Positions 35,040-47,055 of a DNA stretch of 64,000 nucleotides are shown in pieces. The stretch is from NCBI RefSeq assembly GCF_020745735.1, contig NC_083435.1, positions 36,419,090 to 36,483,089 of the forward strand. The letters are read 5' to 3'. Positions within the stretch are counted from its first letter, which is position 1, and each line of letters opens with the position of its first letter. Position numbers and translations under genes: made by a program. Origin of the DNA: Hemiscyllium ocellatum. Lineage: Eukaryota. The notes below the pieces were generated by a model. The model was not told the origin of the DNA. It ran no database searches and saw only the letters and a program-made list of their open reading frames with translations.

Positions 35040-36495
35040 CAAATGATTAATAAGGAGAGAAAAAAAAATAGAGTATGAGAAAGTTACCCAAAAATATCAA
35101 AACAGATAGGAGAGGTTTCTTTAAATGTTTATCAGAAATTTAACAATATCAGTGTGGGTCCTGTACAAACTGAGTCTGGGGAGTTAGTAATGGAGGATCA
35201 GGAAATAGCAGACAAATTGAACAAATATTTTACATCGATCTTTGCAAAAGAGGATACAAGTGACATCCCAAACAAAGCTATAAATCAGGAATGGTGAGGG
35301 TGGGTGAAATGCAAGAAAACTATAATTACCTCAATGGAATACTAAGTAAGCTGCTGGAACTGGGAGATGACAAGTCCCAGGCCCTAATGAATGTTACTCT
35401 TGGGTCTTAAAAGAAGTAGCTTGTGAGAAAATTAATGCGATCGTTTTCATTTTCGCAAACTCATTAAATTTAGGGAAGATGTTCTTACATTGCAAAGTTG
35501 CAATTATAGCTCCTTTATACAAAACGGGGGGAGGCGAAAAGCAGGAAATTATGCTAACGAAAGTGAGCTTAACAACTGTCATAGAGATAATGTTAGAAGG
35601 TATTATTAAAGATTGTATAACAGGGCACTTTGGATTCATTCAAGACAATCAGGCAGAACCATAACATCTTTGTCAAAGGGAAATCAAGTTTAACTGATTT
35701 ATTGGAGTTATTTGAAGAAGTAATTTATGCTGCAGAGAAAAGGGAACCAGTAGATGTATTCAGATATCCAGAAAGTATTTAATAAGGATCACATCAAAAG
35801 ATATTGCAGATTGTAAACTCTTCTGGCGTCAGGTGTATCATATTAGTTTAGACAGAAGAGCGGCTGGCTAACAGGAATCAGAGAGTAGGGAATAAGTGGG
35901 ACTTTTTCAGGGCGGAAGTGGGTACTGCAGATGCTGGAGATTAGAGTCAAGATCAGAGTGGTGCTGGAAAAGCACAGCAGGTCAGGCAGCATCCGAGGAG
36001 CAGGGAAATCGACGCTTCAGGCAAAAACCCTTCTTCAGGAATTCCAAAATGTCAACTTTCCTGCTCCTCAGATGTTGGCTGACCTGCTGAGCTTTTCCAG
36101 CACCACTCTGATCTTGGGTCTTTTTTCAGCCTGGCATGATATCATTAACGGTGTGCCATAGGCTCATTGCCAGCATCTCAACTGTTTACAATTGGTATTC
36201 ATGATGTGGATCAAGGGATCAAAGGTATGGCAGCTAAGTTTGCTGATGATACAAGAAAAGGAGACAAAAGGAACCTACAAGGGGTGTAGATAATTTAAGT
36301 GAGCGGGCAATGATTTGGCAAATGGAGTGCACTGTGGGAAAGTGTGAAACTGTCCAGTTTGACAGCAAGAATTAAAAGAGTATGTATCTAATGTTGTGAG
36401 GGATCCTAGAGTGCTGAAGTGAAAGCGAAATGGTGTCTCGGTGCATGAATCAGAGAAGGTTAGTCGACAGGCACAGCAAGTAATCAGGAAAACTA
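35040..36495 (+). mobile_element. Heavily degraded CR1 ORF2 fragment, interrupted at 35911-36114
   Basis: CAAGTCCCAGGCCCTAATG, AAAGGGAAATCAAGTTTAACTGATTTATTGGAG, GCTAAGTTTGCTGATGATACAAG. Confidence 0.7.
35918..36114. mobile_element. Palindromic Penelope-terminal mini-element
   Basis: About 64-bp inverted arms at 35950-36013 and 36051-36114. Flanked by the imperfect direct repeat TGGGACTTTTTCAG / TGGGTCTTTTTTCAG. Confidence 0.75.
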
Positions 36496-36497
36496 AT

Positions 36498-38640
36498 TGA
36501 AATAACTTCACAGAGGCTGGTACTCTGTCACTGAGTCACCCTTTATTTACTTGTGTGCAGTTCTCTGGCTGAGACCAGCCAGTTCGGGGCCAGTCCCATG
36601 AACCAATGAGACTCTGATTCTCCTATTTATATTTGTTTGTTTTTGGTTATCCCCACATTACTACAATACAATAGTGTTACTTGTTCTCCCCCACAGCACC
36701 TGGGTTGTGTGTGTGTGTAAGTGCACGGCCTCAGTGAAAATCCCATTGTGCAAATAACTTTACTCAATATTTCTACCACCAGGAAAAATACCCACGTGGC
36801 CAAAGAACCAGAAACAAGCAAGACCCAAAAGGGGTGATGCTTACATGAAAATCACGGTGAAGCGGGAGGGTGGGGATTAAATGAAATTAGAATTGGAGAG
36901 CAATCCACAGACCCAAAGTGCCTATCTCTAATTCCCCGTGTTTATATTTTTCTTCAAGGTATGATGTTGGAAATGCTTATTCCAATTCCAAGATGGTTGT
37001 TGCAAGCAAATGTTCTTTAGGCACATCCTGTCTTCTCCCCTCACCACTGAAATAACTGCACGAAAGCTGGTCTCCCAACACCAAGGCCCCCTTTATGTAT
37101 TTGGGCGCAGTACACTGGCTGTGGCGAGCTAGCTCAGGTTCAGCTCCCTGCACTGAGGAGATTTTAATCCTCTGATTTTATACATACATATTTGATATAT
37201 ATATAAAATGTTAATACTCCTACACTACTGCAGTAAGGCTTATATTCCCCAGCACCAGTGTTTGTGTCTGTGTGCAGGTGTAAGACACGGTCAAAAAGGC
37301 CAAGTGTAAATAACTTTATTCACACTGTGCCACCAGGAAAGACCCCCGTGTGGCGAGTGGCCAGGGAGAAACACAGCCCGGAGTGAGCATTGCTCACGTG
37401 AGAAAGGTGAACAGGAGGGAACGGGCTAAATCAAAACCGAGTTGGAGAGGGAAATAAAGCACCCCATCCCCTCCCCATGGTGCCCACCTCTAATCCCCAG
37501 TTTATATATTCATTCTTACCTTTTTTAGCTCAAAGAAACAAAACAGAAACAAAAAAAAAGGAAGGCAATGTCTCAGACCAAGAGGAATTTTCCACAGAGG
37601 GCACTGGCTGCGGCTGACCAACTCACAGTCAGTCCCCGGAACTGAGGAGATTCTCATCTCCTGGTTTTATATATTGGTGGGCGGCACGGTGGCACAGTGG
37701 TTAGCACTGCTGCCTCACAGTGCCTGAAACCCGGGTTCAATTCCCGACTCAGGCGACTGACTGTGTGGAGTTTGCACGATCTCCCCGTGTCTGCGTGGGT
37801 TTCCTCCGGGTGCTCCGGTTTCCTCCCACAGTCCAAAGATGTGCGGGTCAGGTGAATTGGCCATGCTAAATTGCCCGTAGTGTTAGGTAAGGGGTAAATG
37901 TAGGGGTATGGGTGGGTTGCGCTTTGACGGATCGGTGTGGACTTGTTGGGCCGAAGGGCCTGTTTCCACACTGTAAGTAATCTAATCTAATATTCACGTG
38001 TATGGATATTCTTTATTTCTGTTCTTCCACACAGAGAAGAAACATCAAGTGCAAAAAAACTTCATTCATATTCCACCACAGGAAGACCAAAGCACCCACG
38101 TGGCCAGTGATAAGCAGAGCCCTTCTCATCAAAGGGAGGGCAGGGATTAAATCAAAATAGAGTTGGAGGGAGAAATAAAGCACTCCACGCCCTGGGGTGC
38201 CCACCTCTCCCTCACACCCTCGGGGGTGTTGGGTTGACACTGCGTGCTCCTTCTTCAGGGATACCTGGGCCCAAACAGTCCCCTGGTGAATATTTTCTTT
38301 ATTGAGGAGTTTCTAAATCTCCTGGTTATATATTTTTAATTCATCCCCCCCACACAGACACACCCACGTTACCACCTAACAGCAGTAGTGCTTATATTTT
38401 TCCCCAGCCCCCATCTGGTGTGTGTGCAGGTGTCGAACACAGTGAAGAACAATAAGTGTGTAAACCATTATTTATATTTCACCACCAGGAAGAATGGAAA
38501 CACCAGGGTGGCCAGTGACAAGCAGTGTCCTTTTCAGAGGGCGTTGCTGCGTGATCAAAAAGGTGAAGGGGAGGGCAGAGATTAAATCAAAACAGAGTTA
38601 GAGGGGGAAATAATGCCCTCCACTCCCTGTGACGCCCACC
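36498..38640 (-). repeat. Cluster of four diverged composite units (Tx1 3' end plus LTR-like segment)
   Basis: Units at about 36498-36956, 37048-37512, 37590-38290 and 38300-38640. They share CCACCAGGAA..GTGGCC..(G)ATTAAATCAAAA..GAGTTGGAG. The first two begin TGAAATAAC and end TTCA. Confidence 0.65.
37679..37990 (+). mobile_element. Young full-length HE1-like V-SINE
   Basis: Near-identical to 25685 and 53435 copies; (TAATC)n tail. Confidence 0.95.
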
Positions 38641-41050
38641 CGAGGAAACTGGTGAAGTCCACATTGATGCCGGGTGATTGGAAGGTCCCAAGGTGGAAGA
38701 TGAGGTGTTCTTCCTCCAGGCGTCGGATGGTTGGAGGGTGGCGATGGAGGAGATCCAGGATTTGCATGTCCTTGACGGAGTGGGAGGGAGAATTGAAGTA
38801 TTCAGCCACAGGGTGGTGGGGTTGGTTGGTGTGGGTGTCCCAGAGATGTTCTCTAAAGGGCTCTGCAAGTCGGCGTCCTGTCCCCCCAATGTAGAGAAGA
38901 CCTCATTGATCTTTTTATTTCAAACTGCCGCCTTGATCACCTTAACCTGTCTACCACCCCTCCCCCCACTCCAACCTCTCACCCTCGCAACACATAGCCC
39001 TCCACTCCCTCCGTTCCAACCTCAACTTCACCATCAAACCAGCGGATAAAGGGAGTGCAGTGGTAGTTTGGCACACTGACCTCTACACCGCTGAAGCCAG
39101 GCGCCAATTCGAAGACACCTCCTCCTACTGCCCCCTTGACCATGAACTCACCTCCCAACACCAAACCATCATCTGCCAGACCATACACTACCTCATCACC
39201 TCAGAGGACCTCTCACCCACAGTTTCCAACACCAAGGTTCGGGAACCCTGCACTTCATGGTTCTGTCTCCTACCCAAGATCCACAAGCCTGACTACCCTG
39301 GCCAACCTATCATCTCGGCCTGCTCCTGTTCCACCAAACTAGCCTCCACCAACCTTGATACTGTCCTATCCCCCCGGTCCAGAAACTCCCCACATACATT
39401 CGGGACACCACCCATGCCCTCTGCCTCTTCCAGGACATTCATTTCCCTGGTCCCCAGTGCCTCCTCTTCACCATGGACAGCCAGTCCCTATACACCTCCA
39501 TCTGCTATGACCAAGCCTTCCGTTCTTCCTCTCCCAGTGTCCCCACCAGGACCACTTCACTGACACTCACATTTGTTTGACTGAACTAGTCCTCACTCTC
39601 AAGAATTTCTCCTTCGAATCCTCCCAGTTCCTCCAGATGAAAGGTGTAGCCATGGGCAGCCGCATGCGCCCCAGCTATGCTGGTCTCTTTGTTTATGTGG
39701 AATAGTCTATCTTCCACAGTTCCACTGGCACCGCTCCCAACGTTTCCCTCCGCTACATTGATGGCTGCATTGGTGCCACCTTGTGTTCCCATGAGGGGGT
39801 TGAACAGTTCATCAACTTCACCAACACACTCCATTCGACCTGAAGTTCACCAGGACCATCACAGACACCTCCCTCCTCTTTTTGGATCTCTCCATCTCCA
39901 TCAACAGTGACTGACTCAACATAGACATTTTCTACAAACCCACTGGCTCCCACCTCTACCTGGACTACACCACCTCCCACCCTACTTCCTGTAAAAATTG
40001 CTATCCTGTATTCCCAATTCCTTCGCCTCCGCTGCATCTGCTCCCAGGAGAATCAGTTCCACCACAGAACACACCAGATGGCCTCCTTCTTCAATGACAA
40101 CAATTTCCCCTCCCACGTGGTTGATGATGCCCTCCGGCCCCCTTCCTGTACCTCTGACCTCCAACTGGAACAAGGATAGAACCCCCGATCCTCACCTTCC
40201 ATCCCGTACACATCACATCATCCTCTGCCATTTCCGCCACCTGCAAACGGACCCCACCATAGAGATATATTTCCATCCCCACCCCTACTCGCTTTTCGTA
40301 AAGACAATTCCCTTTGCGACTCTGTTGTCAGGTACACGCCCCTGACTGACCCACCCTCTCCTTCGCCAGGATTGCAAAACCTCCCCTCCTCATCTCCGTC
40401 CAATGCCCCAAAGGAGTCTTCCACATCCATCAGAGCTTTACCTGCACTTCCACACATGTCATTTACTATATCTGTTGCTCCCAATGTGGTCTCCTCTGCA
40501 CTGGGGAGTAAGGCGCCGACTACTTGCAGAGGACTTTAGAGAACATCTTGGGGACACCTGCACCAACCAACCCCACCGTCTTGTGGCCGAACACTTCAAC
40601 TCCCCCTCCCACTCCGCCAAGAACGTGCCAGTTCTGGGCCTCGTCCATCGCCACACCCAAACCACCTGACACCTGGAGGAAGAACACGTCATCTTTCGCT
40701 TTGGGACCCTCCAATCTCACAGCATCAATGTGGTCTTCACCAATTTCCACATTTCCCCTCGCCACACCTTACCCCAGTTCCAACCTTCCAGCTCAGCACC
40801 ATCCTTCCTGTCCATCGTCCTTCCCACCTATCTGCTCCACCCTGCTCTCTGACCTATCATCATTACCCCCATCTTCATCCACTATCACAGTCTCAGTTAC
40901 CTTCTCCCCAAGCCCCACCCCCTCCCATTGATCTGTCCACCCTGAGGCTCCCAGCCTCATTCCTGATGAAGAGCTCTTACCCGAAACGTCCATTCTCCTG
41001 CTCCTTGGATGCTGCCTGACCTGATGTGTTTTTTCAGCACCACACTCTCA
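38640..41050 (+). mobile_element. Degraded near-complete Penelope-like element with an inverted 3' fragment at its 5' end
   Basis: Plus strand has KGSAVVVW, LLPKIHKPDYPG, QMKGVAMGSRM, LRYID, then GIY-YIG remnants and a hammerhead motif at 40959-40990. Minus 38640-38905 duplicates the endonuclease C-terminus. Confidence 0.85.
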
Positions 41051-41674
41051 ACCCCGAATTCTATAGAGTTGAGTGATGTCATTGAAAGATAGATTCTTGA
41101 GGGGACTTGGCTGGGTGGGTGTTAAAAGGATGGTTCCTCAGATGGAGCAGGTGCAAAAGGCCGAGTGGCCTCACCTTCTTCCTTGTTCATAGCCATTAAT
41201 TCCAGATTTCTTAATTACATTTAAATTTTATCATTTGCACTGTTGAAATTCAAATCCAAGTCCCAGTGCATTAGCTAGGGTCTGGGTGGATTATTATCCA
41301 GTCAGGGATTGAAGACTTTGGGAATCTTCTTTTATTGTTGGCTGTTTAAGTGCCCACTAGCATTTCCAACAGGATGTGGTCAGAGTTTGGATTTGATCTG
41401 TTGGTTATGGGATCACTTCAATCTGTCTCAGGCTGCTGAGTGTGCCAGTTCTCTTGCAGCATTGCTTCCCCAGGCTGACACCTCATATTTGTAAATGCTC
41501 TTGGCAGATCTCTTTAAAACTAGGGTCACTCCTCCAGTCCAGTGGGGATTGGCTGGGCCAGGAGCTCACAGATTGTGGTCATATGTAGATTAACGACGGC
41601 TGATGGCTACATCTCCTCATGGAAGCCCAGGTTGAGTTGCTGGATCTGTCAGGGTCACACAACAGAGATTCCCC

Positions 41675-42062
41675 GAATCATAGAGATGTACAGCATAGAT
41701 CATGGCATTCAGATATCCGAGATAAATCTAGTCCCATTTGCCAACATTTGGCCAATATCCCTCTAAACTGTTGCTATTCATATATGCATCCAGATGCCTT
41801 TTAAACGTAATTGCACCCACCTCTTCCACTCCCTCTGGCAGCTCATTCCATACATACACCACCCTGTGTGTGAAGAAATTGCCCCTTTGATCCCTTTTAA
41901 ATCTTTCTCCTCTCACCTTAAACCTGTGCTGTCTAATTTTGGATTCCCCACCCTGGGAAAAAGACTTTGTCTGTTTACCCTATTCATGCCCCTCATGATT
42001 TTACAAACCTCGATAAGATCAGCCTTCAGCCTCTGACATTCCAGGGAAAACAGCCCCTCCCT
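41675..42062 (-). mobile_element. CR1 3' fragment
   Basis: Minus ORFs 41728..41916 (QRGNFFTHRVVYVWNELPE) and 41913..42287 (LFSLECQRLKADLIEV). Confidence 0.85.
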
Positions 42063-43910
42063 ATAGGACAAAGGGTAACTAAGGAGAGAATAGGGGCCCT
42101 CAAAGGTCAGCAGGGTGGCCTTTGTGTGGAGCCGCAGGAGATAGGGGAAGATACTAAACGAGTATTTCACATCAGTATTTACTGTGAAAAAGGACATGGA
42201 AGATACTGAATGTAGGGAAATAGATGGTGACATCTTGAAAAATGTCCATATTACAGAGGAGGAAGTGCTGGATGTCTTGAAATGCATAAAAGTGGATAAA
42301 ACCTCACAACCTGATCAGGTGTACCCTAGAACTCTGTAGGAAGCTAGGCAAGTGATTGCCGGGCCTCTTACTGAGATATTTTTATCATCGATAGTCACAG
42401 GTGAGGTGCCGGAAGACTGGAGGTTGGCAAACACTGTTTAAGAAGGGTGGTAAGGACAAGTCAGGGAACTAAAGACTGGTGAGCCTGACTTCGGTGGTGG
42501 GCAAGTTGTTGGAGGAAATCCTGACGGACAGGATGGTCATGTATTTGGAAAGGCAAGGACTGATTAGGGATAGTCAACATGGCTTTGTGCGTGGGAAATC
42601 ATGTCTCACAAACTTGATTGAGTTTTCTGAATAAGTAACAAAGAGGATTGATGAGGGCAGAGCAGTAGATGTGATCTATGTGGACCTCAGTAAGGCATTT
42701 GACAAGGTTCCCCATGGGAGACTGATTAGCAAGGTTAGATCGCATTGAATACAGGGAGAGCTAGCCATTTGGATACAGAACTGGCTCAAAGGTAGAAGAC
42801 AGAGGGTGGTGGTGGAGGGTTGTTTTTCAGATTGGAGGCCTGTGACCAGTGGAATGCCACAAGGATCGGTACTATGTCCACTACTTTTCATCATTTATAT
42901 AAATGATTTGGATGCGAGCATAAGAGGTACAGTCAGTAAGTTTACAGATGACACCAAAATTGGAGGTGTAGTGGACAGCGAAGAAAGTTACCTCAGATTG
43001 CAACGGGATCTTGATCAGATGGGACAGTGGATTGAGAAGTGACAGATGGAGTTTAATTTAGATAAATGTGAGGGGCTGCATTTTGGAAAGGCAAATCTTA
43101 GCAGGATTTATACACTATATAATGGTGAGTTCCTCGGGAGTGTTGCTGAACAAACAGACCTTGGAGGGCTGGTTCATAGCTCCTTGAAAGTGGAGTCACA
43201 GGTTTGAGCTATAGAATCATAGAGTGATAGAGATATACAGCACGGAAACAGACAGGGCAATGAAGAAGGCGTTTGGTATGCTTTCCTTTATTGGTCAGAG
43301 TATTGATTACAGGAGTTGGGAGGTCATGTTGCGGTTGTACAGGACATTGGTTAGGCCACTGTTGGAATATTGCATGGAACTCTGGTCTTCTTCCTATCGG
43401 AAAGATGTTGTGAAATTTGAAAGAGTTCAGAAAAGATTTACAAGGATGTTGCCTGTGTTGGAGAATTTGAGCTCTTGGGAGAGGTTGATTAGGCTCAGGT
43501 TTTTTCCCTGGAGCACTGGAGGCTGAGGGGTGACCTTATAGAGGTTTACAAAATCATGAGGGGCATGGATAGGATAAATAAACAAAGACTTGTCACTGGG
43601 GTGGAGGGAGTCCTGAACTAGAGGGCCAAGGTTTAGGGTGAGAGGGGAAAGATATAAAAGAGATCTAAGGGGCAACTTTTTCATGTAGAGGGTGATACAG
43701 GTTTGGAATGAGCTGCCAGAGGATGTGGTGGAGGCTGGTACAATTGCAACAGTTACAAGGCATCTGGATGGGTATATGAATAGGAAGGGTTTGGAGGGAT
43801 ATGGCCCGGGTGCTGGCAGGTGGGACTAGATTGGGTTGGGATATTTGGTCGGCACAGACGAGTTGGACCGAAGGGTCTGTTTCCGTGCTGTACATCTCTA
43901 TGATTCTATA
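42063..43910 (+). mobile_element. Degraded CR1 ORF2 RT region through 3' tail
   Basis: CAACATGGCTTTGTGCGTGGGAAATCATGTCTCACAAAC, GMPQGSVLCPLLFIIYINDL..KFTDDTKIGG, LYRTLVRPLLEYC; tail CTATGATTCTAT. Confidence 0.92.
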
Positions 43911-44054
43911 GCTCAAACCTCAGCCTCTGATGCTCCAGGGAAAACAGCCACCCCATAGCTCAAACACTCGAGCATTGGCAACATCTTTGTCAATCTTTTG
44001 AGTTTCACAACATTCTTCTTTTAGCCTGGAGTACAGAATTGCACACTGTATATC

Positions 44055-44217
44055 TTTTAGACTGTGGGAGGAAACTGGAGCACCCACAGGAAACCCACGC
44101 AGACACGGGGAGAATGTGCAAACTCCACACAGACAGACAGTCACCTGAGGCCAGAATCAAACCCGGATCCCTAGCGTTGTGAGGCAGCAGTGCTAAACAC
44201 TGAGTCACCGTGCTGAC
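44055..44217 (-). mobile_element. HE1-like V-SINE, 5' half
   Basis: Reverse-complemented head and V-domain. Confidence 0.85.
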
Positions 44218-44269
44218 TTGCGATCCAGTAATAACACCACTAGGCCATTGCACTGAGCAATAAAGGAAA

Positions 44270-44590
44270 GCATACAAAATTCCTTCTTTACCGTCCTAAC
44301 TACCTGTAACCCCACTCTCAAGGAGCTATGAATCAAGGTCTCTTTGTTCAGTCACACTCTCCAGGACCTTACCATTAGGTCATGCCCTGATTTGCTTTTC
44401 TGAAAAGCAGGACCTCACATTTATCTAAATTCAACTCCATCTGCCACTCCTCAGCCCATTGATCCATCCGATCAAGATCCTGTTGTAATCTGAGGTAACC
44501 TTCTTCCCTGACCAGCACACCTCCAAATTTTGGTGAAATCTGAAAACTTACTGACTCTACCTCCTATGTTCACATCCAGATCATCCTCTG
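44270..44590 (-). mobile_element. CR1 RT fragment
   Basis: CTCACATTTATCTAAATTCAACTCCATCTGCCACTCCTCAGCCCATTGATCC is the reverse complement of the QMEFNLDKCEV region. Confidence 0.75.
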
Positions 44591-44649
44591 CCCAGCTGCA
44601 CCAGTCTCAGGTTGATCTCTTTCCTCACTGTCTCCTTGGGTCGCACCCC

Positions 44650-45745
44650 CCGACCTTACTAGTTCAAATCCTTCTGAACAGCTCTGGCAAATCTCCCTGC
44701 CAATATATTAGTTCCCTTCCAATTTAGGTGCAATCTGTCCTTCTTGTACAGGTCACTTCTACCCCAGAAGAGATTCCAATGATCCAAAAATGTGAACCTT
44801 TCTCCCCTGCACTTGCTCCTTAACTACCCATCCATCTGCTCTATCCCTTATTCCTATTGTCACCAGCTCATGGCACTGAAAGTCATGCAGATATGACAAT
44901 ACTCCAGAACCTTTTTTCAAAAATTCTGGCCTAACTTCCTAGATTCTCTCCTCAGAATCTCATCCTTTTCTCTTCCTATGTTGTTAGTTCCAATATGTAC
45001 AACAACCTCCTGCTGGTCCCTCTCCCCTTTGAGAATATTCTGCACCCTTTCCCAGGTATCCTTGATCCGAGCAGCAGGGGGGCAAGGCACCATTCCGATT
45101 TCTTGTTGTCGGCTGCCGAAAAGTCTACCTGTGCCTCTGACTAGAGAGTCCCCGATCACAATCGATTGCTTGGGATCTGACGTACCCCTTTTTACATTAG
45201 AGCCAGTTTTGGTCAGAAACATGGCTGTTCATGTTACATTCCATCACCCCTCTCCATTTTCCAAAACAGTATACTTGTTTGAGATGGGGATAACCACAGG
45301 AGACTCCTGCACTCCCTCGCTCCCTCTCCTACCTTTCCTGGAGCTGACTGTGTGCAGCTTTTCCTCCCTTCGTCTCACTGCCATCCATCACACCTGCCCC
45401 CGACCCTCACCCCGGCTCCTGTACATTCCTCATTGCCTCTCACTGCCATCCATCACCCCCCCCGCCCCCGGCTCCTGTACATTCCTCATTGCCTCTCACT
45501 GCCATCCATCACACCCCCCCCCCCCCCCCCCCCCCCCACCCCCGGCTCCTGTACATTCCTCATTGCCTCTCACTGCCATCCATCACACACCCCCCCCCGG
45601 CTCCTGTACATTCCTCATTGCCTCTAGCTGCTGCTCCAACCGATCCATGCAATTTGATAGGGTTCACAACCAAACAGACTTCCTGCAGACATCATTATCA
45701 GTAACATGGAAACTCTCCCTCATCTCTCACATCTGACAGGAAGTG
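44650..45745 (-). mobile_element. CR1 ORF1 remnant (zinc-finger/coiled-coil N-terminus plus SGNH esterase domain)
   Basis: Minus strand IVIGDSLVRG, VVVHIGTNNIG and, further on, FLDHWNLFW..KDRLHLNWKGTNIL (SGNH blocks I, III, V). Confidence 0.82.
45374..45624. repeat. Four-unit tandem repeat with variable poly-C spacer, inside CR1 ORF1
   Basis: CTCACTGCCATCCATCAC-(C)n-CCCGGCTCCTGTACATTCCTCATTGCCT starts at 45374, 45439, 45495 and 45569. Confidence 0.95.
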
Positions 45746-46024
45746 CACATCATTTGACTGAAGGCCAGTGCTGCTCCTTAACAATCCACAGAGCCAGAAA
45801 ATAGCACAGTCCTCCTGCTCTAAATAAAAACACTAATCCATGCTGACTTCATACCTATGTTTTATATTTTTTAAGTTTAATCAAGAGATAATTCTCAATC
45901 AAACATAGAATCAAAGAAGAGCCCACTCTACTTACTGTTGTAGCTTTACAAAATAGACAGTAAGGAGACACTTTAAAAAGTCTCTTTGCTGCTGCCCTGC
46001 TGTGAGCTGTCCCACACAGGTTTC

Positions 46025-46393
46025 TCCAAGGTTAGCTGTGAATTTCACTGTTTGTTCATTTTTCTTTGACAAACTCTGGTGTCCAGAAAAATCTTGAAAT
46101 CAAAGAGCTGAGGCAGTAGCTGTGCAGATTCACTGCTGGGTCAGACAGTCAGGTAGGTTTTCTTCTCTGTTTGAATTACTTCCCGTGGGTCACTACCTTT
46201 GTCTGCCTTCCTCCTTTTTTAAAGTGCCATTGTTTTGATCTTTTTTGTCCCAGAGTTCCAAAACAATGCAACAGCTTATAAAACAGTAATTACAGCTCTT
46301 CGAATTTGAGAAAATCAGCTCCAGCACAGAAAATACCTCAAAAAGGGAATAGCTCTTACAGCCACAATGTTTTTCTAGTCTTCCATCTTGGAT
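46025..46393 (-). repeat. Unclassified dispersed repeat, inverted homolog of 16066-16412
   Basis: Reverse complement reads ATCCAAGATGGAAGACTAG..GGCTGTAAGAGCTAT..TGTTGCATTGTTTTGGAACT. Confidence 0.7.
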
Positions 46394-46679
46394 GAACACA
46401 TGGAGGACATTTTCAATGTGAAGGTGGTATGGCATAGCCCATCGATGGAATCAGCATCTTTCATATTCTCTCAGGAACAGCATCTTGCACAACTTATTTC
46501 TTATGGTGATTTGCAATCCCACTCAATTTTCTACAACATGTCAGGACACTGACCACATTGCCTGTTGTTCCTGATTTGTGACAGTCTATGCTCTGATTTG
46601 AGTTTATATGACTCTGTATGACAGGTATTGAGCTGCAATCTTCAATTACCGGTGACACTGGATTGGATCGTGTGACACC

Positions 46680-46779
46680 ATGAGTCAAGGAGAAACAGTG
46701 GTGATAGAGCAGGCAACTTTGGGCCGTCCTTTCCAACTGGGAATGCTGTACGACTGCCGATCCGACTGTCTGATCCCAG
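46680..46779 (+). CDS. Coding exon 1 of the stonustoxin-like/FN3/GTPase gene (33 codons plus 1 nt)
   Basis: ACC-ATG at 46680 gives MSQGETVVIEQATLGRPFQLGMLYDCRSDCLIP(G), matching the stonustoxin N-terminal motif ALGRPFTLGMLYD..LIPG. Donor CAG|GTAAC at 46779/46780. Confidence 0.92.
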
Positions 46780-47055
46780 GTAACACAATCTAACTAACTG
46801 TAGAGCAATCGACACTGATCTCTATCAGATCATGTGATCCACACCATGTGATTTCCCAGTGTACACCATAAGATTCACATGATCCTCAGAATTTTGTTTC
46901 AATTCTGTCGTGTCATTGTTGAATTTTGGAACAGGTAAAACGCAAATAAAACATATGGAAACTATATTACCTGCTGTGCACAGTATATATTTTCCTCCTT
47001 TTGATTCACCATGTTCCTATCAATATTACTGTAATTTGAATTGTTCTTTCTGTAG
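46780..47055 (+). other. 276-nt GT-AG phase-1 intron
   Basis: GT at 46780 and TTGTTCTTTCTGTAG ending at 47055. Splicing gives G+GG (Gly) and keeps the frame; the spliced CDS is 3807 nt (1268 aa plus stop). Confidence 0.9.
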
